In this document: piece by piece, positions 1 to 8,706 of the stretch
Layout of the letters: each line of letters opens with the position of its first letter
How positions within the stretch are numbered: the stretch's first letter is position 1
Source: Candidatus Staskawiczbacteria bacterium
GTDB lineage: Bacteria; Patescibacteriota; Minisyncoccia; Minisyncoccales; Staskawiczbacteraceae
Assembly (NCBI GenBank): GCA_903835075.1
Contig: CAILLM010000008.1
Span: 25,498 to 89,497, forward strand
DNA length: 64,000 nucleotides
Reading direction: 5' to 3'
Notes under the pieces: generated by a model
Told to the model about the DNA's origin: nothing
What the model saw: only the letters and a program-made list of their open reading frames with translations
Databases searched by the model: none
Made by a program: the position numbers and the translations under genes

Positions 1-670
1 TAATATCCTGGGCATTTGCAGTGAAATTAGTTTTATTTGCTAAAGTTGAAAAAGTTGTATTTTGGATGAAAGTATTAAGATCGTTGATTGTCTTTATCTG
101 AAGTGATATAGGAGCAACTGTTGGCTGATTAACTGCCGGAGGACAACTGCAATTTGCTAAGGCGGCGGTTGTTGGGTCAGAAAAACTTTCAGTCATACCA
201 TTTCTATCTGTGCATATATAATTTGTGCCGTTACTGGCTATGGCATACCAATTTGAATCACTGACGCTACCTGGGTAACAAGAGTTAGTTGTGTCTCCAT
301 CATTACAAACAAAAGTAGTATAGCCCAGTCCATTCAGTCCACTTTTAATATTGGCGACGGTATTGCCAAGAAGTGACGGAGAATTATTCACACAAAATGC
401 ATAATCACTTTTCCATGACGATATGTTTTTAAAATTAACAGATGCATCATAGAGGGATTGCATTAATTCTTTCGGCGTTGCTGTTGGCACAACAGTAGAA
501 CCAGAGAGTGCAGCAGAAAAAATTTTTATTTGTACTATTAGGGACGCTATTTGTGCTTGAAGTTGGGCAATTATTGAAAGATTACCCGTGCCTTGAGCGC
601 TAACAACGCCACCAAAACATAAAAGTGTTACCGCTAAAATGCCTGTAAAAATTAAATATTTTATTTTCAT
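1..670 (-). CDS. Secreted surface protein, partial (runs off window start); N-terminus paralogous to 672..3392
   Basis: Manual translation from ATG at 670: MKIKYLIFTGILAVTLLCFGGVVSAQ...IIAQLQAQIASL; open to position 1. Confidence 0.8.
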   Translation of the reverse strand, partial: MKIKYLIFTGILAVTLLCFGGVVSAQGTGNLSIIAQLQAQIASLIVQIKIFSAALSGSTVVPTATPKELMQSLYDASVNFKNISSWKSDYAFCVNNSPSLLGNTVANIKSGLNGLGYTTFVCNDGDTTNSCYPGSVSDSNWYAIASNGTNYICTDRNGMTESFSDPTTAALANCSCPPAVNQPTVAPISLQIKTINDLNTFIQNTTFSTLANKTNFTANAQDI

Positions 671-671
671 G

Positions 672-3392
672 TTATTTTTTTAATAAAGTTTGAAGTTGAG
701 CAACTAAATTTGCAAGTGCGTCAGAAATTGATGCAACCGAGGTGTTGCCACTAGTAGATGCTGTGGTTGAAGTAATTGTGAAATAATTATCGCTGTGATC
801 ATATGTATCACCCACTTCATACCCAATTGAAATTTTGTAGTTGCTTGATGGGACTATAGATTCGCCCATAGCTCCCGTAGGAATTTTCCATGAATACGTA
901 TGAGCAGCTGCGGAAATCCCAGACGCAACCTGATAAGACATTGTAGCTTGCGACAAACTGTTATAACCAATTAGCCCTATAACAACAGTCTTACCTGCCG
1001 GGACGTTTACCGATGTCCAAGTTATATTGTGCGTCGTTCCTTTCACCCAAGACTCTCCACCATTTGGTGAGGTGATGGTAATTACTGCTTTTGATGCTGA
1101 ACAATTTACTGTTGCGCCATTATTTGGTCCTGTGCAATTCCAAGTCCAAGAATTTAAACTTGTATTGCTAGAAACAGCCGAAGCTGTACCATTTACGCAA
1201 AAACCTGTTGTTGGAGCTGTTGTAATAGCCACCCCGTTTGCCGAACCACATGTAGTTGATGTGGTGATTGCAAATTGATTATCACTGTAATCACGCGTTG
1301 CAAGATCATAGAATACTTGAATTTCATAATCATTAGCATTTGCTATACTTGCATATGCATCTGTAGGGATTGTCCATGAATACGAATTTGCGGATACAGA
1401 TATGTTCTCTGCTATTTGGAACGAATATGTTGCTCCTGAAGAAGTCCCCCTAATAAGCTGTATAGTAACCTTCCCACCTGCCGGAATATTGGCCGATGTC
1501 CAAGTTATATTGTGAGTAGTTCCTTGTTGCCAAGATTCTCCGCCATTTGGCGAGGTAAGCGTGATTGATGGCGCGGTAGTAACTGCTGGTGGAGGTGCAA
1601 TAACTGGTGGAGTGATGACTGTTGGAGTGGTAACTATTGGTGTGGTTGTTGTTTGCGTACAATATTGATATGTTATTGGTTTGTTTGTGGTTACGTTGCA
1701 ATTGTTTGCATCGGTAACTGTTCTTGTTTGAAAACTAGATGCACAAGTCCCCCAAGTTCCGGTTTGCCAATTTGGCGTGCAAACAGTTCCCGATCCAACT
1801 GCATTTACAAGTGGAGTTTTATAATTGTCTAATCCTGAAACCTGATGGTTGCTTACCCCACTAATTACCCAGTCAATTTCACTAATTTTAAAATAAACAT
1901 ATCCTGTCACGCCGGTAGCGGTGGCGCTAACAGTAACCGTTGCGGTTCCTCCATCCCAAATGAGACCCGAGGGTATAGACTGAACATTTTTGATGACACC
2001 AGTAGATGTACAAATATTGCTACTGTTGCAAATCTGTACAGTAACATTACCCTCAGTTATTGGTGGTACCACCCCGCCAATATCTTGAATTTTAAAAGTA
2101 ATAACACCCGTGGCATAACTATTCGCGGGATTTGTTAAATTATTTGTATATGTATTTGTAGCATTTACAAATGACAATATTGCTGTGGGTTGTGGGGTTG
2201 TTGCGGTAATTGTGAAATAATTATCACTAAAATCGTCATCTAAATAATCAGTCATCCCTCCTGGGCCCGTTGTGCCACCAGTCCCCGAAAGCAACAACCA
2301 AACTTTATAATTGCCACTCGAGATGGTTTTTGATATATTTGGACAATTATAACCGCTTGGAGTAAATGTATAGTCTTTATTTGACCCTGACACGGAGCTG
2401 ACATAACACGTTCCGCCATCTGGATATTGTAAATAAATTGCTATCTTGTCATTTCCAACATTACCAGTAGTCGCCCATGTTATATTCATCAATTGGTTTG
2501 GCCCATAGCTCGCTCCTCCGTTTGGTGAAATTACAGTAATTGATGGTTGGGTTGGAGTTGTGCATGAATGGCTAACACAGGTTTGGCCAGAAGCACAGTC
2601 ATAATTAACCACACAAGTTGTCGAAGCAGTAATACTAAAATAGCTGTCGCTGGCATCTAAATAGCTAACTCCATTAATTGAAGTTTTAACTTCCGCCCTG
2701 TACTGACCAACTGGAATATTGCTAGGAAGGGTTGCATAGAAAATACCGCTGTTTAAAACTCCAATATAATCAGATTGCGACGGAACATCAAAATAATATT
2801 CCTGGCCGGAAGAAACATTTCTTAGACGAGCTATCATATAACTACTTGCAGGCATTCCAGTTGTTGTCCACCTTATCGTTTGTGAAGAGCCTTGTGCCCA
2901 CACTTCTCCTCCGTTTGGCGAAGTAACTGTAATAGTTGGCGTAGTTGTGGTTGTTGAACATGCGTAAAGTGTGTTCAATTTTTGTCTTGTAACTGGGCCG
3001 ACCCATCCACTTGCTCTAATCGCATATTTTTTTTGAAGTAATTTGATTGCACCAGAGACTTTACTGCTGTAAACCGTTGGAACCACAACAGGATTATAAA
3101 TGTCTTCCTTATCTAAAATAATAAGCAATGCAGTTAAATCAGCGCTAGATGGATAAACCCCATCAGCTCCAAAGTCTGTATTAAAAGAATAACACCACTT
3201 TGTTGGAGTTGGGTTTGGAGTTGGTGTTTGGTTATTTTGAAGCGCTTGAATTTGTGCCATCAAGCTATCAATTTGTGCTTGAAGCTGAGCAATTAATGCA
3301 GATTTATCTGGGCTTTGTGCACCAACAACTCCGCTAAAACATAAAAGTGCCGTTGCTAAAACAGCTGCGAACATTAGAGATTTTATTTTCAT
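672..3392 (-). CDS. Large secreted Ser/Thr-rich surface protein (peptidoglycan-binding-like domain, Ig-like 'SPNGG' repeats, Cys-rich/TSP1-like modules)
   Basis: Signal peptide, GWVGPVTRQKLN PG-binding motif, four IT(V/L/I)xSPNGG repeats, CTPNWQTGTWGTC...QTRTVTD. Confidence 0.8.
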   Translation of the reverse strand: MKIKSLMFAAVLATALLCFSGVVGAQSPDKSALIAQLQAQIDSLMAQIQALQNNQTPTPNPTPTKWCYSFNTDFGADGVYPSSADLTALLIILDKEDIYNPVVVPTVYSSKVSGAIKLLQKKYAIRASGWVGPVTRQKLNTLYACSTTTTTPTITVTSPNGGEVWAQGSSQTIRWTTTGMPASSYMIARLRNVSSGQEYYFDVPSQSDYIGVLNSGIFYATLPSNIPVGQYRAEVKTSINGVSYLDASDSYFSITASTTCVVNYDCASGQTCVSHSCTTPTQPSITVISPNGGASYGPNQLMNITWATTGNVGNDKIAIYLQYPDGGTCYVSSVSGSNKDYTFTPSGYNCPNISKTISSGNYKVWLLLSGTGGTTGPGGMTDYLDDDFSDNYFTITATTPQPTAILSFVNATNTYTNNLTNPANSYATGVITFKIQDIGGVVPPITEGNVTVQICNSSNICTSTGVIKNVQSIPSGLIWDGGTATVTVSATATGVTGYVYFKISEIDWVISGVSNHQVSGLDNYKTPLVNAVGSGTVCTPNWQTGTWGTCASSFQTRTVTDANNCNVTTNKPITYQYCTQTTTTPIVTTPTVITPPVIAPPPAVTTAPSITLTSPNGGESWQQGTTHNITWTSANIPAGGKVTIQLIRGTSSGATYSFQIAENISVSANSYSWTIPTDAYASIANANDYEIQVFYDLATRDYSDNQFAITTSTTCGSANGVAITTAPTTGFCVNGTASAVSSNTSLNSWTWNCTGPNNGATVNCSASKAVITITSPNGGESWVKGTTHNITWTSVNVPAGKTVVIGLIGYNSLSQATMSYQVASGISAAAHTYSWKIPTGAMGESIVPSSNYKISIGYEVGDTYDHSDNYFTITSTTASTSGNTSVASISDALANLVAQLQTLLKK

Positions 3393-3506
3393 TAATTTTT
3401 CCGCCTCAGCGGATAATAAATAATATTATTTAATAATACTCTTACCAAAAAAACAAGTCAACGTCTTATTTATTGAAAAATGAGCGTTTTGTGGTAATCT
3501 GTTATT

Positions 3507-4814
3507 ATGGAAAGGTTTAAATTTATTACTCAAAAAAACTTTGACGAGCTCCCAAAAACATCGGGAGTTTATTGCCTTGCCTCGCCGAAGCTAAAGGGCG
3601 AAGGCGGGTTTGAGGTAATCTATATTGGCAAAGCTATAAACATAAAAAGCAGAGTTAAAAACCATTTTCAACAGCCAAGCTACCGCGACAATTTATTTAT
3701 TGATAAAGTTAGTAAAATTGGCTACTTGGAGACTAACTCAGAAATTGAAGCCTTAATTTTGGAAGCAAATTTAATTAAAAAATATCAACCCAAGTTCAAT
3801 GTTGTTTGGAAAGACGATAAAAACTATTTTTACGTAGCCATTACACAAGACAAATGCCCAATAGTTTACATTACTCACCAACCCTTCGGCTCCGCTCAGG
3901 GCAAGCCCAAACTACTCACTACAAACTACTCACTACAAACTAAGTATATTGGGCCGTTTGTTGAGGGGACTGCTCTAAAAAAGACTTTAAAATATTTAAG
4001 GCGAGCATTTCCATATTACACCAGCAAGAAGCACCCTAAAACAAAATGCACATGGTGCCATTTGGGACTATGCCCTGGGCCCCGCCTCTTCGAGGCGAGG
4101 CTCGACTCGCCCACTGGCGAGGCGGCAAACCTAAGAAAAGAATACAAAAATAATCTTAAAAAATTAGCCCTAATCTTGCAAGGAAAGCGAAGTGCCGTGC
4201 TTAATTCTCTAAAGCGAGAAATGGCACAATTCTCAAAAGAAAGTAAATTTGAAGAAGCCGGAAAAATCCGCGACCGAATTTATAATCTGCAACAAATTAT
4301 GGCCCACAGCATTGTCATTGAAAATTCCAAAGCCACTCAAGAATCTAATGTTGGAGATATTTTTGCAAAAGTTGAATGTTATGACATTTCAAACATACAA
4401 GGGAAATTTGCAACCGGCTCTATGGTAGTTTTTGTAAATGGAGAGTCAGACAAAAGCCAATACAAAAAATTCAAAATTCGCTTAATGGACACACCAAATG
4501 ACATTGCCATGTTAAGAGAAGTTTTGGAAAGAAGATTCAATCACCCAGAATGGAAATATCCTGAGGTAATTTTAATTGATGGCGGGAAAGCTCAATTAAA
4601 CATTGCCATAAAGGTTAAGAATAAACTGCCCATTAAAATTATTTCAATTGCAAAAGGCAGGCAAGAACTGTTTATTGAAGGCCAAAAAAATCCAATACCG
4701 CTAAAATTATTACCACAAAATATTTACAACTTAATTTTGCAATTAGACAGCGAAGCTCACCGCTTTGCAATCACATATCATAAAAAATTAAGAAAGAAAA
4801 ATTTATTGCAGTAA
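3507..4814 (+). CDS. uvrC: Excinuclease ABC subunit C (short form, no C-terminal HhH), carrying several repeat insertions
   Basis: GIY-YIG (GVY...IYIGKA), UVR domain FEEAGKIRD, ECYDIS and ILIDGGKAQL motifs. Confidence 0.92.
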   Translation: MERFKFITQKNFDELPKTSGVYCLASPKLKGEGGFEVIYIGKAINIKSRVKNHFQQPSYRDNLFIDKVSKIGYLETNSEIEALILEANLIKKYQPKFNVVWKDDKNYFYVAITQDKCPIVYITHQPFGSAQGKPKLLTTNYSLQTKYIGPFVEGTALKKTLKYLRRAFPYYTSKKHPKTKCTWCHLGLCPGPRLFEARLDSPTGEAANLRKEYKNNLKKLALILQGKRSAVLNSLKREMAQFSKESKFEEAGKIRDRIYNLQQIMAHSIVIENSKATQESNVGDIFAKVECYDISNIQGKFATGSMVVFVNGESDKSQYKKFKIRLMDTPNDIAMLREVLERRFNHPEWKYPEVILIDGGKAQLNIAIKVKNKLPIKIISIAKGRQELFIEGQKNPIPLKLLPQNIYNLILQLDSEAHRFAITYHKKLRKKNLLQ

Positions 4815-4853
4815 TTATTGCTTTTTAGTCAAAAATTTGGTAACATATATTTA

Positions 4854-5243
4854 ATGAGAAGATTACTCTCTAACATTATCTCTGCCACATTGGGATTGTG
4901 GTTGGCACTATTATATGTGCCTAAGGTTGTTATAAGGGCATACCCATCATCTAATTTCTTTGGCGTACCGTTAACAGCTCAATGGGAAATTGTTTTAGTT
5001 TTAGGAATTACTTTGGGATTGCTAAATTATTTCTTAAGACCAGTTCTAAAAGCACTTACTCTACCCTTAGAAATTCTCACTCTTGGACTTTTTACAATAG
5101 TAATAAATATGGGTTTAGTCTGGATTTTGGACTCAATTTTTGATGAATTATATGTCCCAATTCTAATGCCCCTATTGTATACAACACTTATTGTTTGGGG
5201 ATTGAATATTATAATTAGTTTCTTCTTAGTTAAAAACAAATAA
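4854..5243 (+). CDS. Four-TM phage holin family / YvlD-like membrane protein
   Basis: LNYFLRPVLKALTLPLEILTLGLFTIVIN motif; ATG at 4854 preferred. Confidence 0.8.
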   Translation: MRRLLSNIISATLGLWLALLYVPKVVIRAYPSSNFFGVPLTAQWEIVLVLGITLGLLNYFLRPVLKALTLPLEILTLGLFTIVINMGLVWILDSIFDELYVPILMPLLYTTLIVWGLNIIISFFLVKNK

Positions 5244-5251
5244 TAAAAATT

Positions 5252-5470
5252 ATGAATCAAATTCTATTTTACTCACAAGTTATCACATCTGTAGTTTTAA
5301 TTGTGCTTATTGTAATCCAACAAAGAGGCGCTGCCTTGGGTTCTGGATTTGGAGGTGGTGGTGAAATTTATGCCACAAAACGCGGAGCACAGAAAAAAAT
5401 ATATTACGCTACGGTTGCAGTAGTAACCATTTTCCTAGTTTTGGGCGTATTAAATATATTAATACCGTAG
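5252..5470 (+). CDS. secG: Preprotein translocase subunit SecG
   Basis: Two TMs, IQQRGAALGSGFGG...TKRGA. Confidence 0.92.
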   Translation: MNQILFYSQVITSVVLIVLIVIQQRGAALGSGFGGGGEIYATKRGAQKKIYYATVAVVTIFLVLGVLNILIP

Positions 5471-5485
5471 GTTTTAAACCAAACA

Positions 5486-7489
5486 ATGGCAAAGTCAAAG
5501 TTTCCTAAACTTTCTCAATGGAAACAACTTTTTAAAATATTGAAAAAACCCGAAAAAATCTTTTTTTTGATTTTTCTGGTGTTGTTTATTGCATCTGCAA
5601 CTTACCTTGTAGTTAATTTTTATATAAATAATACAAAAGCGGTCCCTGCATTTGGCGGAACATATACAGAAGGCGTTGTTGGTCAGCCAAGATTCATAAA
5701 TCCTATTTATGGAGAAACAAATGATGTTGATAGAACTTTAATAGACCTCACCTATTCCGGATTAATGACTTATGATAAAGATGGAAAACTTATAAATGAC
5801 CTAGTAAAAAACTATCAAATTTCCGACAATGGGAAAACCTATACCTTCCAATTAAAAGACAAACTTTACTGGCAAGATGGCTCTCCCCTTACCGTTGATG
5901 ATGTTATCTACACAATAAAAACAATTCAAAATTCCGACTATAAAAGTCCTTTAAGAGCAAATTGGTTAAACGTAGATGCCAAAAAAATTTCTGACATATC
6001 ATTTGCGTTGTCCTTGGGGTCACCTTACAACTCTTTTCTAGAAAACTGTACAATAAAAATAATCCCTCAACATATTTGGAAAAATATTTTGCCTGAAAAC
6101 TTTGCTCTTTCACCGCACAACCTACAACCAGTTGGCTCGGGGCCATATACTCTTTCTGATATACGAGAAAATAAAGACAGCTTTATAACCAACCTAGCGC
6201 TTTCCGTAAATCATAAATATTATAGTAAGCTGCCATATATATCAGAAATTAATTTCAGGTTTTTTGGTAATAAAAATGATTTAATTAGCGCAGCCAACCA
6301 AAAAACAATTGATGGGTTCCCTGTTTCAGACTTAGAAAATAATGAAGCTTTGGCGGAAAAAGATGTCCACCAAGGGTGGAATACAAATGAAAAATTCCAA
6401 GTTTATTCTTTCTCACTGCCAAGATATTTTGCAGTATTCTTCAACTTACAGAATTCTAGAATTTTGTCTGATGGCAACATCACGCAAGCACTTAATTATT
6501 CTGTTAACAAGCAAGAACTTGCCCAAAATGTATATAATAAATTTAAAATAAAAACACCTGTTGTTAATTCCCCTATTTTGCCAGATTATTTTGGCTATTC
6601 ACAACCAAAAACAACTTACGACTACAATGTAGACTCTGCAAACAAACTTTTGGATAAATCTGGATACAAAGATTCAGGAGCTGGGCAAAGGACAAAAGCA
6701 AACAACAAAAAACCAGCATTTCAGTTTACTGGCTACTTGTCTACAAAATCTAAAGGTAATGAAGTTATAGAGCTTCAAGGATGTCTTTCTAGGCTAGACA
6801 GCAGCTTTAAAACTCTTTTGCAAACAGACCCAAGTGGGAAATATGGCGCAGGGACAGAAGCGGCTGTAACGGCATTTCAAAAAAAATATTTGCCAGGAGT
6901 CCCAACCACAGGAGAAACAGGAACTGGCACAAGAAAAGCTCTAAACACAGCTTGTTTTATAGCTCAAAGTAGCTCTTTGCCCCTACAATTCACATTAACC
7001 ACAATCAACCAACCACAAATGGTTTACACTGCCAATCTTTTAAAAAATTATTGGCAAAAAGTTGGGGTGATAGTTACAATAAAAACCGTAGAGCTTTCAG
7101 AATTAAAAAATGTTATTAAAAATCGTGACTACGATGCCCTACTTTATGGTGAGGCCTTTGGAAGTATCCCTGATTTATATCCATTTTGGCATTCCACACA
7201 AATAAATGACCCAGGGCTGAATCTTTCTGAATATCAGAACACAAACGCTGACCAATTATTAAAAGATGCCCGGGAAACGCTGGACAACAATGTGAAAGCT
7301 CAGAAATATGGAATTCTACAAGACACAATACTTTCGGGCTCTCCTGCACTCTTCTTATACAACCCCGACTATCTCTACTGGGCCTCACAAAAAGTGAAAG
7401 GAATTGATACAATTAAAATAGCTGACCCAGCTAAAAGATTTGAAAATATTCAAAATTGGTATATTAACACACATAGAACATGGAAATAA
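5486..7489 (+). CDS. Family 5 ABC transporter substrate-binding protein with inserted PG-binding domain
   Basis: GGTYTEG...INP, WQDGSPLTVDDVIYT, PVGSGPY motifs. Confidence 0.88.
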   Translation: MAKSKFPKLSQWKQLFKILKKPEKIFFLIFLVLFIASATYLVVNFYINNTKAVPAFGGTYTEGVVGQPRFINPIYGETNDVDRTLIDLTYSGLMTYDKDGKLINDLVKNYQISDNGKTYTFQLKDKLYWQDGSPLTVDDVIYTIKTIQNSDYKSPLRANWLNVDAKKISDISFALSLGSPYNSFLENCTIKIIPQHIWKNILPENFALSPHNLQPVGSGPYTLSDIRENKDSFITNLALSVNHKYYSKLPYISEINFRFFGNKNDLISAANQKTIDGFPVSDLENNEALAEKDVHQGWNTNEKFQVYSFSLPRYFAVFFNLQNSRILSDGNITQALNYSVNKQELAQNVYNKFKIKTPVVNSPILPDYFGYSQPKTTYDYNVDSANKLLDKSGYKDSGAGQRTKANNKKPAFQFTGYLSTKSKGNEVIELQGCLSRLDSSFKTLLQTDPSGKYGAGTEAAVTAFQKKYLPGVPTTGETGTGTRKALNTACFIAQSSSLPLQFTLTTINQPQMVYTANLLKNYWQKVGVIVTIKTVELSELKNVIKNRDYDALLYGEAFGSIPDLYPFWHSTQINDPGLNLSEYQNTNADQLLKDARETLDNNVKAQKYGILQDTILSGSPALFLYNPDYLYWASQKVKGIDTIKIADPAKRFENIQNWYINTHRTWK

Positions 7490-8478
7490 AAAATATTGAT
7501 AAATTAAACATGAGGGGAGTTATTGTCGCCTCGCCAGAGCAACTTACAAGGGGTTTGGAGTTGGCAAAAAACATAAAAATAAAAGGTGAATTTAAAAATG
7601 TTATTATTTGTGGAATTGGAGGCTCTGCCTTGCCTGCCAATATTTTAGATGCAACCGTAACTACAAAAATTCCCTTATACATACACCGAGATTATGATTT
7701 ACCAGCGTCAGCAAACGAAGACAGCTTAATTGTGTGTATCTCTTATTCTGGTAACACAGAAGAGACTGTTTCAGCTTTAGAGAAAGCAATACACAAAAAT
7801 ATTACTGCTGTAGCAATTACAACTGGAGGTAAACTTGAAAAAATGTGCGAAGAGCACAACATAGCCTTAGCCAAAATTCCAGCAGGAATTCAGCCACGAT
7901 CAGCAACAGGATATTTATTCTCTGCATTATCAACAATTTTAAATAATTGTGGAATAATTGACGATATCTCAGAAGATATTTTAAATACTGCCGAAGAATT
8001 AGAAAAAATAAATTCTAATTTAGAAAAAGAAGGAAAAGCACTTGCCAAAAAATTAGCAGATAAAATTCCTGTTGTCTATGCCTCAAATAATTTTAAAGTA
8101 GCATCTAGAATTTGGAAAATAAAATTTAATGAAAATTCCAAAATTCCAGCATTCCACAACTACTTTCCAGAACTAAACCATAACGAAATGGTGGGCTTCA
8201 CAGATAAAAAAATGGCTAGTGGCTTTTATGTTTTAATAATTAAAGACAAAAAAGACCACGAGAGAACACTTAAAAGAATGGACTTGACTTCTTTAATATT
8301 AAAGAAAAAAGGCATAAAAAATAGCTTTATAGAAACTGTAGATGGTTCAATAATACTAAAATTCTTTGAGATTTTATTGTTAGGCGATTGGACCTCTTAT
8401 TATATCGCTATAAACAATAAAATTGATCCCACGCCAGTTGAGATGGTGGAAGAGTTTAAAGTAATGCTGAATAAATAA
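7480..8478 (+). CDS. Bifunctional phosphoglucose/phosphomannose isomerase
   Basis: CGIGGSA, SYSGNTEET, ENSK, PELNHNE motifs. Confidence 0.92.
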   Translation: MEIKNIDKLNMRGVIVASPEQLTRGLELAKNIKIKGEFKNVIICGIGGSALPANILDATVTTKIPLYIHRDYDLPASANEDSLIVCISYSGNTEETVSALEKAIHKNITAVAITTGGKLEKMCEEHNIALAKIPAGIQPRSATGYLFSALSTILNNCGIIDDISEDILNTAEELEKINSNLEKEGKALAKKLADKIPVVYASNNFKVASRIWKIKFNENSKIPAFHNYFPELNHNEMVGFTDKKMASGFYVLIIKDKKDHERTLKRMDLTSLILKKKGIKNSFIETVDGSIILKFFEILLLGDWTSYYIAINNKIDPTPVEMVEEFKVMLNK

Positions 8479-8488
8479 ACTCAATGTT

Positions 8489-8570
8489 GTCGCGGTGGCG
8501 GAACTGGAATACGCGTGCGTCTCAGAAGCGCATCCCGTAAGGGTTGAGGGTTCGACTCCCTCCCGCGGCA
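8489..8570 (+). tRNA. tRNA-Leu(CAG)
   Basis: GTCGCGG/CCGCGGC acceptor, TGCGT-CTCAGAA-GCGCA anticodon arm, long variable arm, TTCGA T-loop. Confidence 0.95.
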
Positions 8571-8706
8571 CAAAAGTTAGAGGGTTTCCGCCAAAGGCGG
8601 ACCAGCCTCGGGCTGACAAGTCCCTCCCGCGGCACACTTCGCTATAGCTCAGCGTAAACAAATAAAATCTCAATAAAATTAAATTAAAAAAATTAAACAA
8701 TTAAAA

